Source: an uncultured Candidatus Saccharibacteria bacterium
GTDB taxonomy: Bacteria > Patescibacteriota > Minisyncoccia > Minisyncoccales > CAYUHA01
Assembly: GCA_964444395.1 (NCBI GenBank)
Contig: CAYUHA010000001.1
Coordinates: 1 to 34,446 of the forward strand
Length of the DNA: 34,446 bases
Reading direction: 5' to 3'
Below are positions 14,828-24,430 of the stretch, piece after piece. The position numbers and the translations under genes were made by a program. Positions within the stretch are counted from its first letter, which is position 1; every line of letters starts with the position of its first letter. The notes below the pieces were generated by a model. That model was given only the letters and a program-made list of their open reading frames with translations. It was not told the DNA's origin and ran no database searches.

Positions 14828-15928
14828 TTATATTCCTTCCTGCTTTAATTTTTTCAAAAGCTCTTTTTGTTTTTTATTTAAATGCTTTGGAGTTTTAATT
14901 TTAAGTTCTACATACATGCTTCCTCTTCCAAAACCAGAAAAATGAGGAATTCCTTTTCCAGAAATTCTTAATACTTTACCAGATTCTGTGCCCGCAGGGA
15001 TTTTAAGCAAAATTTTCTTTCCTTCTATAGTAGGTATTTCTATTTCATCGCCCAATACAGCTTGAGAAAAAGAAATTGGAACGGTTAAATAAAGATCATC
15101 CCCTTTTCTCTTAAAGACTGAATGAGGTTTTACTAAGATCCTAACATACAAATCACCGGATTCTCCTCCTCTTCTTCCGGCATCTCCTTTGCCTTTAATT
15201 TTTATTATCTGATTTGTATCAACTCCGGCCGGGATGAAAATTTTTATATCCTCTTCTCCTTTAATTCTGCCTTCTCCTTTGCAAACATTACAAGGTTTTT
15301 CTGGCTTAAATCCTTCTCCTCCGCATTCTGGACAAATAGTGTATTTAGTAAAAGAACCAAAAAATGTCCTCTTTATTTGCTGAACTTCTCCTGTTCCTCT
15401 ACAGGAAAAACATTCTTTTATTGGAGTGCCAGGTTCTCCTCCTTTTCCTTGACAGCGAGAACATTTAACAAATTTATATAAAGAAATTATTTTCTCTTTA
15501 TCTTTCAAAGTCTCCTCTAAAGAAATTTCTATATCAACTTCAATATCCTTACCTCTTTTAAAATCCTTTCTTTTAGAAGTTCTTCCAAATCCAAAAATTT
15601 CGTCAAACATATCTCCTAAATCTTCAAAACTTGCTTCCTTATACCAATTAGAATCAAAGCCCTGACCAGCTTCTCTCCAAAATGAACTAAAATCAAAACC
15701 TGACTGGGGACCTCCAGCGCCTTCTTCAAAAACTCGGCCAAATTGATCATACTGTGCTCTTTTCTTTTTATCAGACAAAACCTGATACGCTTCACTAATT
15801 TCCTTAAACTTTTTTTCATTTCCGCCTTTATCAGGATGATATTTGTGCGCGAGTTTTCTATATGCTTTTTTAATTTCTTGCTCTGAAGCGTCTCGAGGAA
15901 CGCCTAAAATTTTATAATAATCCTTCAT
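14828..15928 (-). CDS. dnaJ: Chaperone DnaJ (type I, with zinc-finger domain)
   Basis: J domain 'DYYKILGV...YHPD'. Four CxxCxGxG repeats: [32 protein letters not shown]. Confidence 0.95.
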   Translation of the reverse strand: MKDYYKILGVPRDASEQEIKKAYRKLAHKYHPDKGGNEKKFKEISEAYQVLSDKKKRAQYDQFGRVFEEGAGGPQSGFDFSSFWREAGQGFDSNWYKEASFEDLGDMFDEIFGFGRTSKRKDFKRGKDIEVDIEISLEETLKDKEKIISLYKFVKCSRCQGKGGEPGTPIKECFSCRGTGEVQQIKRTFFGSFTKYTICPECGGEGFKPEKPCNVCKGEGRIKGEEDIKIFIPAGVDTNQIIKIKGKGDAGRRGGESGDLYVRILVKPHSVFKRKGDDLYLTVPISFSQAVLGDEIEIPTIEGKKILLKIPAGTESGKVLRISGKGIPHFSGFGRGSMYVELKIKTPKHLNKKQKELLKKLKQEGI

Positions 15929-16041
15929 AAAATCTCAAAACTCAAAAATCAAATCTCAAATCTGCTTAAATCTCAAAACTTTTAAATAAGATTTTATAAT
16001 TTTGAGATGTAGTTTTGACTTTTAAGATTTGATATTTGAGA

Positions 16042-17961
16042 TTATTTTTCCTTATATTCTCCTTCTTCGGTATCTTTCTTTTCGTCTCCCTCTTTATTTT
16101 CATCTGACTTCTCCTCTGGTTTTTGAGTTTGAGCTTGTTTATATAACTCTGCTCCTATCTTTTGAATAGCTGACGACAGCTCTGAAATTTTATTTCTTAT
16201 CTCCTCTATATTATCTCTTTCTTTTACTTTTCTTACTTCTTCAATTTTGGTTTCGATCTCTTTTTTTGCCTCAGAAGACAACTTATCTCCTGCTTCTCGT
16301 AAAGTTTTCTCGCAGGTATAAATCAAATTGTCAGCATTATTCCTTGTCTCAATCAATTCCTGCTTTTTCTTGTCTTCCTGAGCATGCAATTCCGCTTCCT
16401 TTTTCATTTTTTCGATTTCTTCTTCTGAAACCCCGCAAGAACCTTCGATTCTAATTGATTGAGATTTTCCAGTAGCTTTATCTTTGGCAGACACCTGCAA
16501 AATTCCATTTGCATCAATATCAAAGGTTACCTCAATTTGAGGAACTCCTCGCGGAGCAGGAGGAATACCGTCTAATATAAACCTGCCCAAGCTTTTGTTG
16601 TCAGCTGCTATTGGCCTTTCTCCTTGTAATACATGAATTTCTACAGATGGTTGATTATCAGCGGCTGTAGAAAAAATTTGAGTTTTTGCAGTGGGAATAG
16701 TAGTATTTTTGGGAATTAAAATTGTATTTACTCCTCCTAAAGTCTCTATACCTAAAGATAAAGGAGTAACATCTAAAAGTAAAACATCTTTAACTTCTCC
16801 TTGCAATACTCCTGCTTGCACCGCCGCTCCAATAGCTACCACCTCATCAGGATTGATTTCCTTGTTCGGCTCTTTGCCGAATAACTTTTTAATTTCCTCC
16901 TGAATTTTTGGAGTCCTGGTCTGTCCTCCTACTAAAATAAGCTCATTAATATCCTCTGGTTTTAATCCTGCCTCTTTTAAGGTCTGTTTGGTCAATTCAA
17001 TAGAGCGATCAATATATTCTTTAATTAAATTTTCAAATTCTGCTCTAGTTAATTTATAAAGAAGATGTTTTGGACCTGCTGAATCTGAAGTAATAAAAGG
17101 AAGATTTATTTCTGTCTCTAATGTGGTAGACAACTCAATTTTTGCTTTTTCAGCCGCTTCCTTTAATCTCTGCAAAGCCAAATTATCTTTAGATAAATCA
17201 ATTCCTTGGTCCTTTTTAAACTTATCTAACAACCAGTCAATTATTCTTTGGTCAAAATCGTCTCCTCCAAGATGAGTGTCGCCGCCAGTAGCTTTTACTT
17301 CAACATGCGGTTCTTTTTCACCATTTTCAAGCTCTGCTTCACCAACTTCTAAGATAGAAATATCAAAAGTTCCTCCTCCGAAATCATAAACCATAATTTT
17401 CTGTTCTTTTTTATGAGTCAAACCATAAGCTAAAGCAGCAGCTGTTGGTTCATTTATGATTCTTCTTACTTTAAATCCGGCAATCTCTCCGGCAACTTTA
17501 GTAGCTTTTCTTTGAGAATCGTCAAAGTAAGCCGGACAAGTGATAACCGCTTCTTCAATTTTCTCTCCTAACTTATCTTCAGCATCTTGCTTTAATTTCT
17601 GCAAAACCATTGCGGATATCTCTAAAGGTTTATACCATCTTTCTCCCATCTTTATCTCTACTCCGCCATCCTTGGATTCTCTAATCTCATAAGACAAAAG
17701 TTTTTTGTCTCTTTGAACTTCAGGGTCAGAAAATTTTCGACCAATCAATCTTTTAACTGAAAAAATAGTATTTTGAGGATTAGTAATCTGTTGTCTGCGG
17801 GCTAAAATTCCTATTAGTCTTTCTCCGGTTTTAGTCAAAGCCACAACCGAAGGAGTGGTTCTTGCTCCTTCTTTATTTTCAATAATTTTCGGCTCTCCTT
17901 TTTCAAGAACTGCCATAGCCGAAAAAGTTGTACCTAAATCAATTCCTAAAATTTTAGACAT
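16042..17961 (-). CDS. dnaK: Chaperone DnaK (Hsp70)
   Basis: 'GIDLGTTFS', '[10 protein letters not shown]', '[10 protein letters not shown]'. The tracked start at 17994 is a TTG inside an intergenic palindrome. The ATG at 17961 ('[12 protein letters not shown]') is the conventional N-terminus. Confidence 0.95.
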   Translation of the reverse strand: MSKILGIDLGTTFSAMAVLEKGEPKIIENKEGARTTPSVVALTKTGERLIGILARRQQITNPQNTIFSVKRLIGRKFSDPEVQRDKKLLSYEIRESKDGGVEIKMGERWYKPLEISAMVLQKLKQDAEDKLGEKIEEAVITCPAYFDDSQRKATKVAGEIAGFKVRRIINEPTAAALAYGLTHKKEQKIMVYDFGGGTFDISILEVGEAELENGEKEPHVEVKATGGDTHLGGDDFDQRIIDWLLDKFKKDQGIDLSKDNLALQRLKEAAEKAKIELSTTLETEINLPFITSDSAGPKHLLYKLTRAEFENLIKEYIDRSIELTKQTLKEAGLKPEDINELILVGGQTRTPKIQEEIKKLFGKEPNKEINPDEVVAIGAAVQAGVLQGEVKDVLLLDVTPLSLGIETLGGVNTILIPKNTTIPTAKTQIFSTAADNQPSVEIHVLQGERPIAADNKSLGRFILDGIPPAPRGVPQIEVTFDIDANGILQVSAKDKATGKSQSIRIEGSCGVSEEEIEKMKKEAELHAQEDKKKQELIETRNNADNLIYTCEKTLREAGDKLSSEAKKEIETKIEEVRKVKERDNIEEIRNKISELSSAIQKIGAELYKQAQTQKPEEKSDENKEGDEKKDTEEGEYKEK

Positions 17962-18086
17962 ATTTGTTTGCTTACGCTCAAATTCAAAGTTCAAAATGCA
18001 AAGTTAAAAATTTAATTAAAACGAAAATTATTTTTAATGATTTTGAACTTTGAACTTTGAGATTCGGGTTTAATTATATAGTATTA

Positions 18087-18650
18087 CTATTTAGCGATTT
18101 TTACTTTAGCAGCTCTAATAACTTTATCATTAAGTATATATCCTCCTTGCACTTCCTCTATTATCATTCCTGATTTTTGATTTTTCATTTCTATTTCTTC
18201 AACTATTTCATGAAAATTTGGATCAAACTTTTCTCCGATAGTCCTAATTCTCTCTACTCCCTGAATCTTTAAGAAATTTTGAAAATGACTCTTTATCTGT
18301 AAAAGTCCTTTTATGTCAGGATTATTTTTTGATTCTTTACTGAGCTTCTTCTCTGCTATTTCAAAATCATCTAAAATCGGCAAGATTTTTAAAATTATTT
18401 CTTCATTTGCATACTTTAAAAGCCCTTCAATCCTTTCCATCTCTTCTTTTTTATAATTTAAAAAGTCTGCCCTCGCTCTCTGCCATCCAGCTAAATACTC
18501 CTCTTTTTCCTTTAAAGCTGATTTTAATTCATGCTCACACCTCTCTAAAGCCAATTTCTTTTCGCTTAATTTTTGTTTCAACTCTTCAAAAGTTAATTCT
18601 TTCTTATCTTTTTTTTCTTCAGATTTTTCTAATTTTTTTTTGCTCTCCAT
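18087..18650 (-). CDS. grpE: Nucleotide exchange factor GrpE
   Basis: Coiled N-terminus then 'RARADFLNYKKE', and C-terminal beta domain 'FDPNFHEIV...GYILNDKVIRAAKV'. Operon order grpE-dnaK-dnaJ. Confidence 0.9.
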   Translation of the reverse strand: MESKKKLEKSEEKKDKKELTFEELKQKLSEKKLALERCEHELKSALKEKEEYLAGWQRARADFLNYKKEEMERIEGLLKYANEEIILKILPILDDFEIAEKKLSKESKNNPDIKGLLQIKSHFQNFLKIQGVERIRTIGEKFDPNFHEIVEEIEMKNQKSGMIIEEVQGGYILNDKVIRAAKVKIAK

Positions 18651-18772
18651 AATCTTAGATTACAATTTTAGATTATAATAGATAAAAATTGTATGGTCAA
18701 ACCCCTCCTGCCTTCTCTTTCTCTTTTGGAGGAAAAGGATTAAGGAGGAGGTTCTTTTTTACAATTATATAA

Positions 18773-18831
18773 CAAAAAAACTGGGCAAAAAATAGTTATA
18801 GTTTATAAATTATATAAGCTATTTTTTGCCC
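18773..18831 (-). terminator. Rho-independent terminator of the 91-aa gene
   Basis: 13-bp stem 'gggcaaaaaatag'/'ctattttttgccc' (18783-18795 / 18819-18831), followed on the minus strand by a T7 tract. Confidence 0.7.
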
Positions 18832-18839
18832 CCTTAAAG

Positions 18840-19115
18840 CTACAAGATTTGTTCACAGATATCTGTGAACAAATCTATATTAGTTCTTCGGATAAAGTGA
18901 GATTTTTTACCTTCGATATTTACCTCTATTATCCCTGTTGCATTTTTTCTTACTTTAATCTTTTTTCCCTTCCCTACTGCAGCAAGTAATGCATTAATTG
19001 GAAGATTTCCTACTGCTCTCTCTCTAGTGACTTTTCCATTTCTCACCACATCCACTGATGCAGAATAATATGTTCCATTATTTACTACTTTCCACCTCTT
19101 TATTTTCATTATCAT
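18840..19115 (-). CDS. Hypothetical 91-aa basic protein (stand-alone transcription unit)
   Basis: Strong RBS AAAAGGAGGGG before the ATG, own promoter-like and terminator elements. No family recognised by eye. Confidence 0.55.
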   Translation of the reverse strand: MIMKIKRWKVVNNGTYYSASVDVVRNGKVTRERAVGNLPINALLAAVGKGKKIKVRKNATGIIEVNIEGKKSHFIRRTNIDLFTDICEQIL

Positions 19116-19150
19116 CCCCTCCTTTTAATTAATTTTAATTTTAAGAACTA

Positions 19151-19194
19151 GTTATCTTTAATATAAAGATAACATATCTTAAAAACTTTGTCAA
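19151..19194 (-). promoter_or_regulatory. Candidate promoter (TTGACA-N17-TATCTT) overlapped by a 10+3+10 perfect palindrome (operator-like)
   Basis: -35 is the complement of 19189-19194 and -10 the complement of 19166-19171. Palindrome 'gttatcttta ata taaagataac' at 19151-19173. Confidence 0.4.
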
Positions 19195-19351
19195 GATATT
19201 GCTTAACAAGGGCATTGGTAACACTTTTAGATTTTTAAGGAAAGAATTAAGAAAAAAGGAAGAATTAAGGAGAGGGAGAAGATAAGTTTTAATATTTTGG
19301 AAGTATTATATTAATGCCTCCCATTTTTTATAGGTATAAATTTGGAAACAA

Positions 19352-19699
19352 TCAAGAACGTCCAATAATTAATTTAATACCAAGAACAGAAATTTGAGTT
19401 CCGCCAAAAATTAAAATAAAAGCAAAAATTGACCAAGCGATTAGATTAAAAAGTTTAGATAAATATTCGGCAGGAATTATTTGTTTCAGCTGTTCTCCTA
19501 TTATGTTTTTCATTTGAGTTTCTAAGTCTTGAATTCCTTTTTTACTTGTTTGTTTAACTCCTTCATCCTTAGGAACTGAAAATATCTCCGGAACCTCTGA
19601 TTTAACCGTAAAAATATTATAAGAAGAATAAAGACTGTATAAAATTATCGTTATTCCAATTATTAATAAGAAAAGGCCAATAAGTTTTGAGAACTTCAT
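19352..19699 (-). CDS. Hypothetical membrane protein (N- and C-terminal TM segments)
   Basis: 'LIGLFLLIIGITIILYSLY' and 'AWSIFAFILIFGGTQISVLGI' hydrophobic helices. Confidence 0.5.
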   Translation of the reverse strand: MKFSKLIGLFLLIIGITIILYSLYSSYNIFTVKSEVPEIFSVPKDEGVKQTSKKGIQDLETQMKNIIGEQLKQIIPAEYLSKLFNLIAWSIFAFILIFGGTQISVLGIKLIIGRS

Positions 19700-19986
19700 A
19701 ACCTACTACGAAATTACGAATTTTTTACGAAAATATGAATAAATTAACCTATATATAAAATTCTAAATCCGAAATCCTAAATCCTTAACAAAATCCCAAA
19801 TCCCAAATTCTAAATTTTAAATGACATAATAAAGTTTGGAATTTGTGATTTAGAACTTAGAATTTCGTTTAGAATTTCGAATTTAGAATTTAGGATTTCT
19901 TGTTCAAAATTTTGAACATTTGAATTTTGATATTGTTTAGGATTTAGGATTTTGTGCTTATGAATTATCCGCGTTTATCTGCGTTG
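19700..19986. repeat. Long imperfect palindromic intergenic element (ctaaatcc / ggatttag k-mer arms), homologous to 23989-24430
   Basis: Left arm 'ctaaatccgaaatcctaaatcc...' and right arm '...tttaggatttaggattttgtgctta'. Shares end sequences with the ftsQ-femAB spacer. Confidence 0.8.
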
Positions 19987-20292
19987 CTATCCGCGTGGTT
20001 CTGCGGAACGTTTGGTAATAATCTTATAAATATTTTCCAAAAAATCACCTCCAGCATAACCAATAACAAGAGCCAAAGCTGGACTAAAAGAATCTATCCC
20101 TAAAAACGTAATCCCTAATTCTTTAATTGCCACAGCGCTTAAAATTCCAATAACTCCGGAAAGAAACATCATTGTTAAGAAATAAGGTATCTCAAACTTA
20201 ACATTTTTATAAGAATACTGGTGTTTAATAAATCCAATTAATCCTCTAATTACTCCTCCCCCAAATCCTGCGATTAAAATTGATAGATACAT
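19987..20292 (-). CDS. Hypothetical small membrane protein (about 3 TM)
   Basis: Gly-rich hydrophobic helices 'LSILIAGFGGGVIRGLIGFI', 'FLTMMFLSGVIGILSAVAI', 'PALALVIGYAGG'. Confidence 0.5.
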   Translation of the reverse strand: MYLSILIAGFGGGVIRGLIGFIKHQYSYKNVKFEIPYFLTMMFLSGVIGILSAVAIKELGITFLGIDSFSPALALVIGYAGGDFLENIYKIITKRSAEPRG

Positions 20293-20332
20293 AATAATAA
20301 AAATTAAAAATTAAAAATTTATTAATATTATA

Positions 20333-20698
20333 TTATTTAAATTTCAATGTTTTCTGCTTGAAACTTTTTAATACTTCTTCAGCTATTTTTGCTCCGGAAG
20401 CAGTAAGGGAAAAATAAGTTCTTGGAGTCCCAGTAACTAATTTTCTTTTTCTAAGGGTTCTTAATGGCCTGTCTATTTTCCGCGAATCAGGCCAATGAGG
20501 ATACTCAGAAAAAGAAAATACTTTTGGGAATAAAATAAAGCATTCTTTCAACAATCTTTCAAAAAAGCTTTTTTTATTGTCCCGCTCCATTAAATACATA
20601 GTTAAGAGAATTAAATCGCTAATTCGTTTGTCTTTATATATGTTTTCGTCAAAAAAATTTTTTCTCTTGGTTTTCTTTGCCATTGATTCAACTTTCAT
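20333..20698 (-). CDS. Hypothetical 121-aa basic protein
   Basis: ORF with coding-like composition, tightly followed by the next minus-strand gene. No motif recognised. Confidence 0.45.
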   Translation of the reverse strand: MKVESMAKKTKRKNFFDENIYKDKRISDLILLTMYLMERDNKKSFFERLLKECFILFPKVFSFSEYPHWPDSRKIDRPLRTLRKRKLVTGTPRTYFSLTASGAKIAEEVLKSFKQKTLKFK

Positions 20699-20989
20699 TC
20701 AACATAAATAATTAAAAAATTAAAATGATATCAAAGTAAAAGAAAACAGATACCAAACTGCGAAAATAAAAATTAAAATCATACTAATTACATCAAATTT
20801 ATTCATATCTCTTTATTCATATTTATTGTTTATTTATTTATTTTGCGGTTTTTCGTATAATTGCAATTCCAGCCGCCTGTCCTATTTATTTACTACTTAT
20901 AATTATAATTATATGATAAAATAAATTTACAGCAAGTTCAATCTGTTAATTAAATTTAATTAAATCAGCAAACCCAATATTTCTAAACT

Positions 20990-22789
20990 ATGTCTAATCG
21001 CTTTACTAATTTTACAGCAGTAATTCTTCTTTTAATAATGCTGTTATTAGCTTTTACCAGCGCTCTTGGAGATTCCGCTACAATGGACGAATTGGCTCAT
21101 ATTCCTGCCGGCTACTCCTATTTATCTCAAAAAGATTTTAGAATTAATCCTGAACATCCTCCACTAATAAAAGATTTATCTGCCATTCCTCTTTTATTTC
21201 TAAATCTTAATTTTCCGAGAAATCATCCTTCTTGGCAAAAGGAAGTCAACGGCCAATGGTGGTTTGGCTCCCAATTTCTATATCATTCCGGAAACAATCC
21301 TGATAAAATTATTTTTTGGGCAAGGATTCCAATGCTTCTGCTTTTAATTTTTTTAGGATGGTTTTTATTTTTTTGGACAAAACAATTAGCTGGAAACAAA
21401 ACCGCCCTCTTAGTTCTAACTCTCTTTTGTTTCTCCCCTACTTTCTTAGCCCACGGCAGATTAGTTACTACTGACGTGGCTGCCGCACTTGGAGTAGTTA
21501 TTTCTAGTTATTTTTGGTTAGAATTTTTAAAAAATCCTTCAAGGAGAAATATTATCTTCGCCGGCATAATATTTGGAATATCAATGCTTTTTAAATTCTC
21601 TTTGGCTCTGCTTATTCCGTTTTTTGCGGTAATTACTGTTGCCTATGCTTGGTTAAATCCCTCTTTTAATAAAACTAAAACCGAACTTAATTCAAATAAA
21701 TATAAATATCGGGCTAAAGAAATATTAAAATATATCGGCTTAGCTTTACTGATAGGGATAATTGGAGCGATGGTTGTCTGGCTAACTTATCAATTTCACA
21801 TTTTAAACTATCCAGCTCAACGACAATTAAAGGATTCTCAATTTATTTTATCCTCAGGCGGTATAAATACTTTGGAAAAAATTTGCATCTGGATGGCTGA
21901 CAAACCCGGGTTAAGACCTTATGCTCATTATCTTTTAGGACTTTTAATGGCAAATCAAAGAACCATAGGCGGCAATACCGCATACTTCTTTGGAATAATT
22001 AATAATACTGGCTGGTGGTACTATTTTCCTATCGTTTACATTTTAAAAGTTCCTTTAGCCTTTCATGTATTAACCTTGATTGCTTTATTTTGGGCGGTAT
22101 GCTTAATAAAAAAACCATTTTGGATAAAGCCAATTAAAAGATTAAAGGAATGGATAAAAATTTATTTTGTTGAATTCTCGATGATGGTTTTTTTAGCAAT
22201 CTATTGGATTGTTTCAATAACCGGAAATCTTAATATCGGAGTAAGACATATTCTGCCAACCTTTCCTTTCTTATATATTTTAGTTTCCTTGGCAATAGTT
22301 AGATGGTTGAAAACTATAAAAAAATTAGGCCTAAAAAGGATTGTTGCTTCGTTAATATTTTTATGTTTAGGTTGGTATATAATTTCTTCGATTGCAAGCT
22401 GGCCATTCTATCTTAGTTATTTCAACGAAATAGCCGGAGGAACTCAAAATGGATATAAATATGTTGTGGATTCAAATTATGATTGGGGCCAGGATTTAAA
22501 AAGATTAACTAAATTTGTAAAGGAAAATAAAATTAAAAAAATTCATTTAGATTATTTTGGAGGCGGAAATCCTGAATATTATTTAAAAGAAAAATATATT
22601 CCATTAAACCCTATGAATCTAAAAAAAGAGCCAAAAGGATGGATTGCGGTTTCAGCTACTCTGCTCCAAGGAGGAAAAGGAAATGCTGCCCCTGAGTTTA
22701 ATCAACCATCTGGTTATTATCGGTGGCTTGATAAATATAAACCAGTAGCCAGAGCCGGCACTTCCATTTTTATTTACAAAATTGACTAA
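20990..22789 (+). CDS. GT-C fold glycosyltransferase (ArnT/PMT, GT39/GT83-like), polytopic membrane protein
   Basis: At least 10 hydrophobic helices. First-loop acidic motif 'GDSATMDELAHIPAGYSYL' typical of lipid-carrier-dependent glycosyltransferases. Soluble C-terminal domain. Confidence 0.75.
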   Translation: MSNRFTNFTAVILLLIMLLLAFTSALGDSATMDELAHIPAGYSYLSQKDFRINPEHPPLIKDLSAIPLLFLNLNFPRNHPSWQKEVNGQWWFGSQFLYHSGNNPDKIIFWARIPMLLLLIFLGWFLFFWTKQLAGNKTALLVLTLFCFSPTFLAHGRLVTTDVAAALGVVISSYFWLEFLKNPSRRNIIFAGIIFGISMLFKFSLALLIPFFAVITVAYAWLNPSFNKTKTELNSNKYKYRAKEILKYIGLALLIGIIGAMVVWLTYQFHILNYPAQRQLKDSQFILSSGGINTLEKICIWMADKPGLRPYAHYLLGLLMANQRTIGGNTAYFFGIINNTGWWYYFPIVYILKVPLAFHVLTLIALFWAVCLIKKPFWIKPIKRLKEWIKIYFVEFSMMVFLAIYWIVSITGNLNIGVRHILPTFPFLYILVSLAIVRWLKTIKKLGLKRIVASLIFLCLGWYIISSIASWPFYLSYFNEIAGGTQNGYKYVVDSNYDWGQDLKRLTKFVKENKIKKIHLDYFGGGNPEYYLKEKYIPLNPMNLKKEPKGWIAVSATLLQGGKGNAAPEFNQPSGYYRWLDKYKPVARAGTSIFIYKID

Positions 22790-22859
22790 TCCTGCCAAAT
22801 CAAATTTTTTAAACTTTATTATTTAATAGTTGTACGCAAAATAAAAATGCACGGCTCCT

Positions 22860-23135
22860 TTATTCTATAAACCCTCTCTTTTTCTCCTCCTTCTTTCCTT
22901 CCCCTCCAGAGAGAAAGGATTAAAAACCTTCTACTCTCTTTCTCTCCTTTAGAGGGTCAAAAACCTTTCCCACCTTTCCTCTCTCTTTAAAGGGAAAGGA
23001 TTATCCACCCCCTCCTTAATCCTCCCCCTCCTTTGGAGTGGGAGGAAATAAGAAAGGAGAGGGAGGAAGAGAGAATTAAAAAAAGTAAAAGAAAATGAAA
23101 TCATTTTCCCCGCTTTTATTTTGTATTCAGTCTTT
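22860..23135. repeat. CT/GA-rich block of stacked small hairpins including the CCTCC...GGAGG motif
   Basis: Contains 'tcctccccctcctttggagtgggaggaaataagaaaggagagggagg' (23020-23066). Bounded by 'caaaataaaa' / 'ttttattttg' inverted ends. Confidence 0.8.
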
Positions 23136-23145
23136 AAAACAAAAA

Positions 23146-23988
23146 TTATTTGTATTTAAAAGGAGCTAAATTTCCAAACCTTAAATCAATATACTCTAAA
23201 TCTTTCCGATTTTCCAGAGGAATTTGTTTTTCCAAAACTAAATTAAGCTTTTTAATCTGCCAATCTATATCTTTTTCCGGATTAAAATATACCTCCCAGC
23301 CCTGGCTAGTTTTAACATTTAATCTCTTATCCGAAAACAAAATAAATTCTTTAATAGAAATTCTTATACTGCTTAATTTTGTTTTAATCTCTTGAATTGC
23401 TTTAATTATCTTTTTATTGATCACTTGCCTCCCTAATTCTATTTCTTTTCTTTTATTTAAATCCTTAACAAAAAGAAGAGATTCTATATTTCTATCATTT
23501 TTTTTAAATGCTATTCCTTTTTCATCAAAAAGATAACAATCCTCAACACTTAATAATTGGTAATTAGCGCTAGTTGCTTGATGCAGTTGACACCAAACTC
23601 CAACAGGCTCTCTTTCTTTAATCTCAATTATTACAGCATCAGGAAATTTCCTCCTTAAATTTATTTGAGCAATTTGAGGAAACTTTTTTAAAATAATTTC
23701 ATTTATTTTCTTAAAATTAACTAAAAAAATACTTTTTGAAGAAAAGAAAAAAAATTTATGAAAAATTTGATTTCTAATATTATTTTCAATATCTGAATCG
23801 TGGACTTCTTGGTTTCCTGAAATTCTAATTTCTTTAACTTGAAAAAAATCAGAAAAAAATACAAAATAAAAAACCGTTCCTACAACAAATAAAATCAAGG
23901 TTGCTATCCAGAAAAATCGACTTTTAAAAATCGATTTTTTCTTTTTGAATCTACGCTGAGGTTTTCTAAAAGACGATATTTTTGGCAT
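23146..23988 (-). CDS. ftsQ: Cell division protein FtsQ/DivIB (POTRA domain)
   Basis: Basic N-terminus, single TM 'FWIATLILFVVGTVFYFVFF', POTRA 'FQVKEIRISGNQEVHDSDI...FPDAVIIEIKEREPVGVW'. Confidence 0.8.
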   Translation of the reverse strand: MPKISSFRKPQRRFKKKKSIFKSRFFWIATLILFVVGTVFYFVFFSDFFQVKEIRISGNQEVHDSDIENNIRNQIFHKFFFFSSKSIFLVNFKKINEIILKKFPQIAQINLRRKFPDAVIIEIKEREPVGVWCQLHQATSANYQLLSVEDCYLFDEKGIAFKKNDRNIESLLFVKDLNKRKEIELGRQVINKKIIKAIQEIKTKLSSIRISIKEFILFSDKRLNVKTSQGWEVYFNPEKDIDWQIKKLNLVLEKQIPLENRKDLEYIDLRFGNLAPFKYK

Positions 23989-24430
23989 ATTTTTTACGAA
24001 TTTATCTGCAAACTTATGCGGATTTATTGCAAATACTACGAAAATAAATCCTAAATCCTAATATCTAAACCCTAAACAATATCAAAATTCAAATGTTCAA
24101 GATTTAATTCAAAATTCAAAAGTCAAAATTCAAAATGATAATTCAAAATGTAAAAAGAATTTTTCCTTCCCCACCTATATCCTCCCCCTCCCTTTGGGAG
24201 GGGGAGGAATAAGGAGGGGGAGGACATTTTGAATCTTACATTATCATTTTGCATTTTGAGATTTGATTTTGTATTTTTAATCAGTTTTGCGTTTTGAGTT
24301 TTGAGTTTTGCGCTTAAATTCGTTTTGAATTTTGGTCATTTGAATTTGTTTAGGATTTAGGATTTTGTGCTTAGGATTTAATAACAATTGTTCATTATTC
24401 GTTATTCGTTGTTATAGTTATTATGGATAG
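23989..24430. repeat. ~440-nt imperfect palindromic intergenic element with a central 12-bp GC hairpin
   Basis: Arms of aaatcctaaatcc / caaaattcaaa k-mers mirrored by tttgaatttg / ggatttagg. Centre 'cctccccctccc tttg ggagggggagg' at 24181-24208. Confidence 0.8.

Noticed and set aside
17962-17994. N-terminal extensions in the tracked ORFs of dnaK (17994), serS (29284) and the M23 peptidase (14459)
   Set aside because: All three use TTG codons lying in intergenic repeats. Conventional ATG starts with family-typical N-termini, and an RBS in the M23 case, lie downstream.
18651-18839. CIRCE (TTAGCACTC-N9-GAGTGCTAA) heat-shock operator or hrcA upstream of grpE
   Set aside because: No such inverted repeat appears in the spacer and no hrcA lies in the window. 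The spacer holds only a CT/GA-type repeat and the neighbouring gene's terminator.
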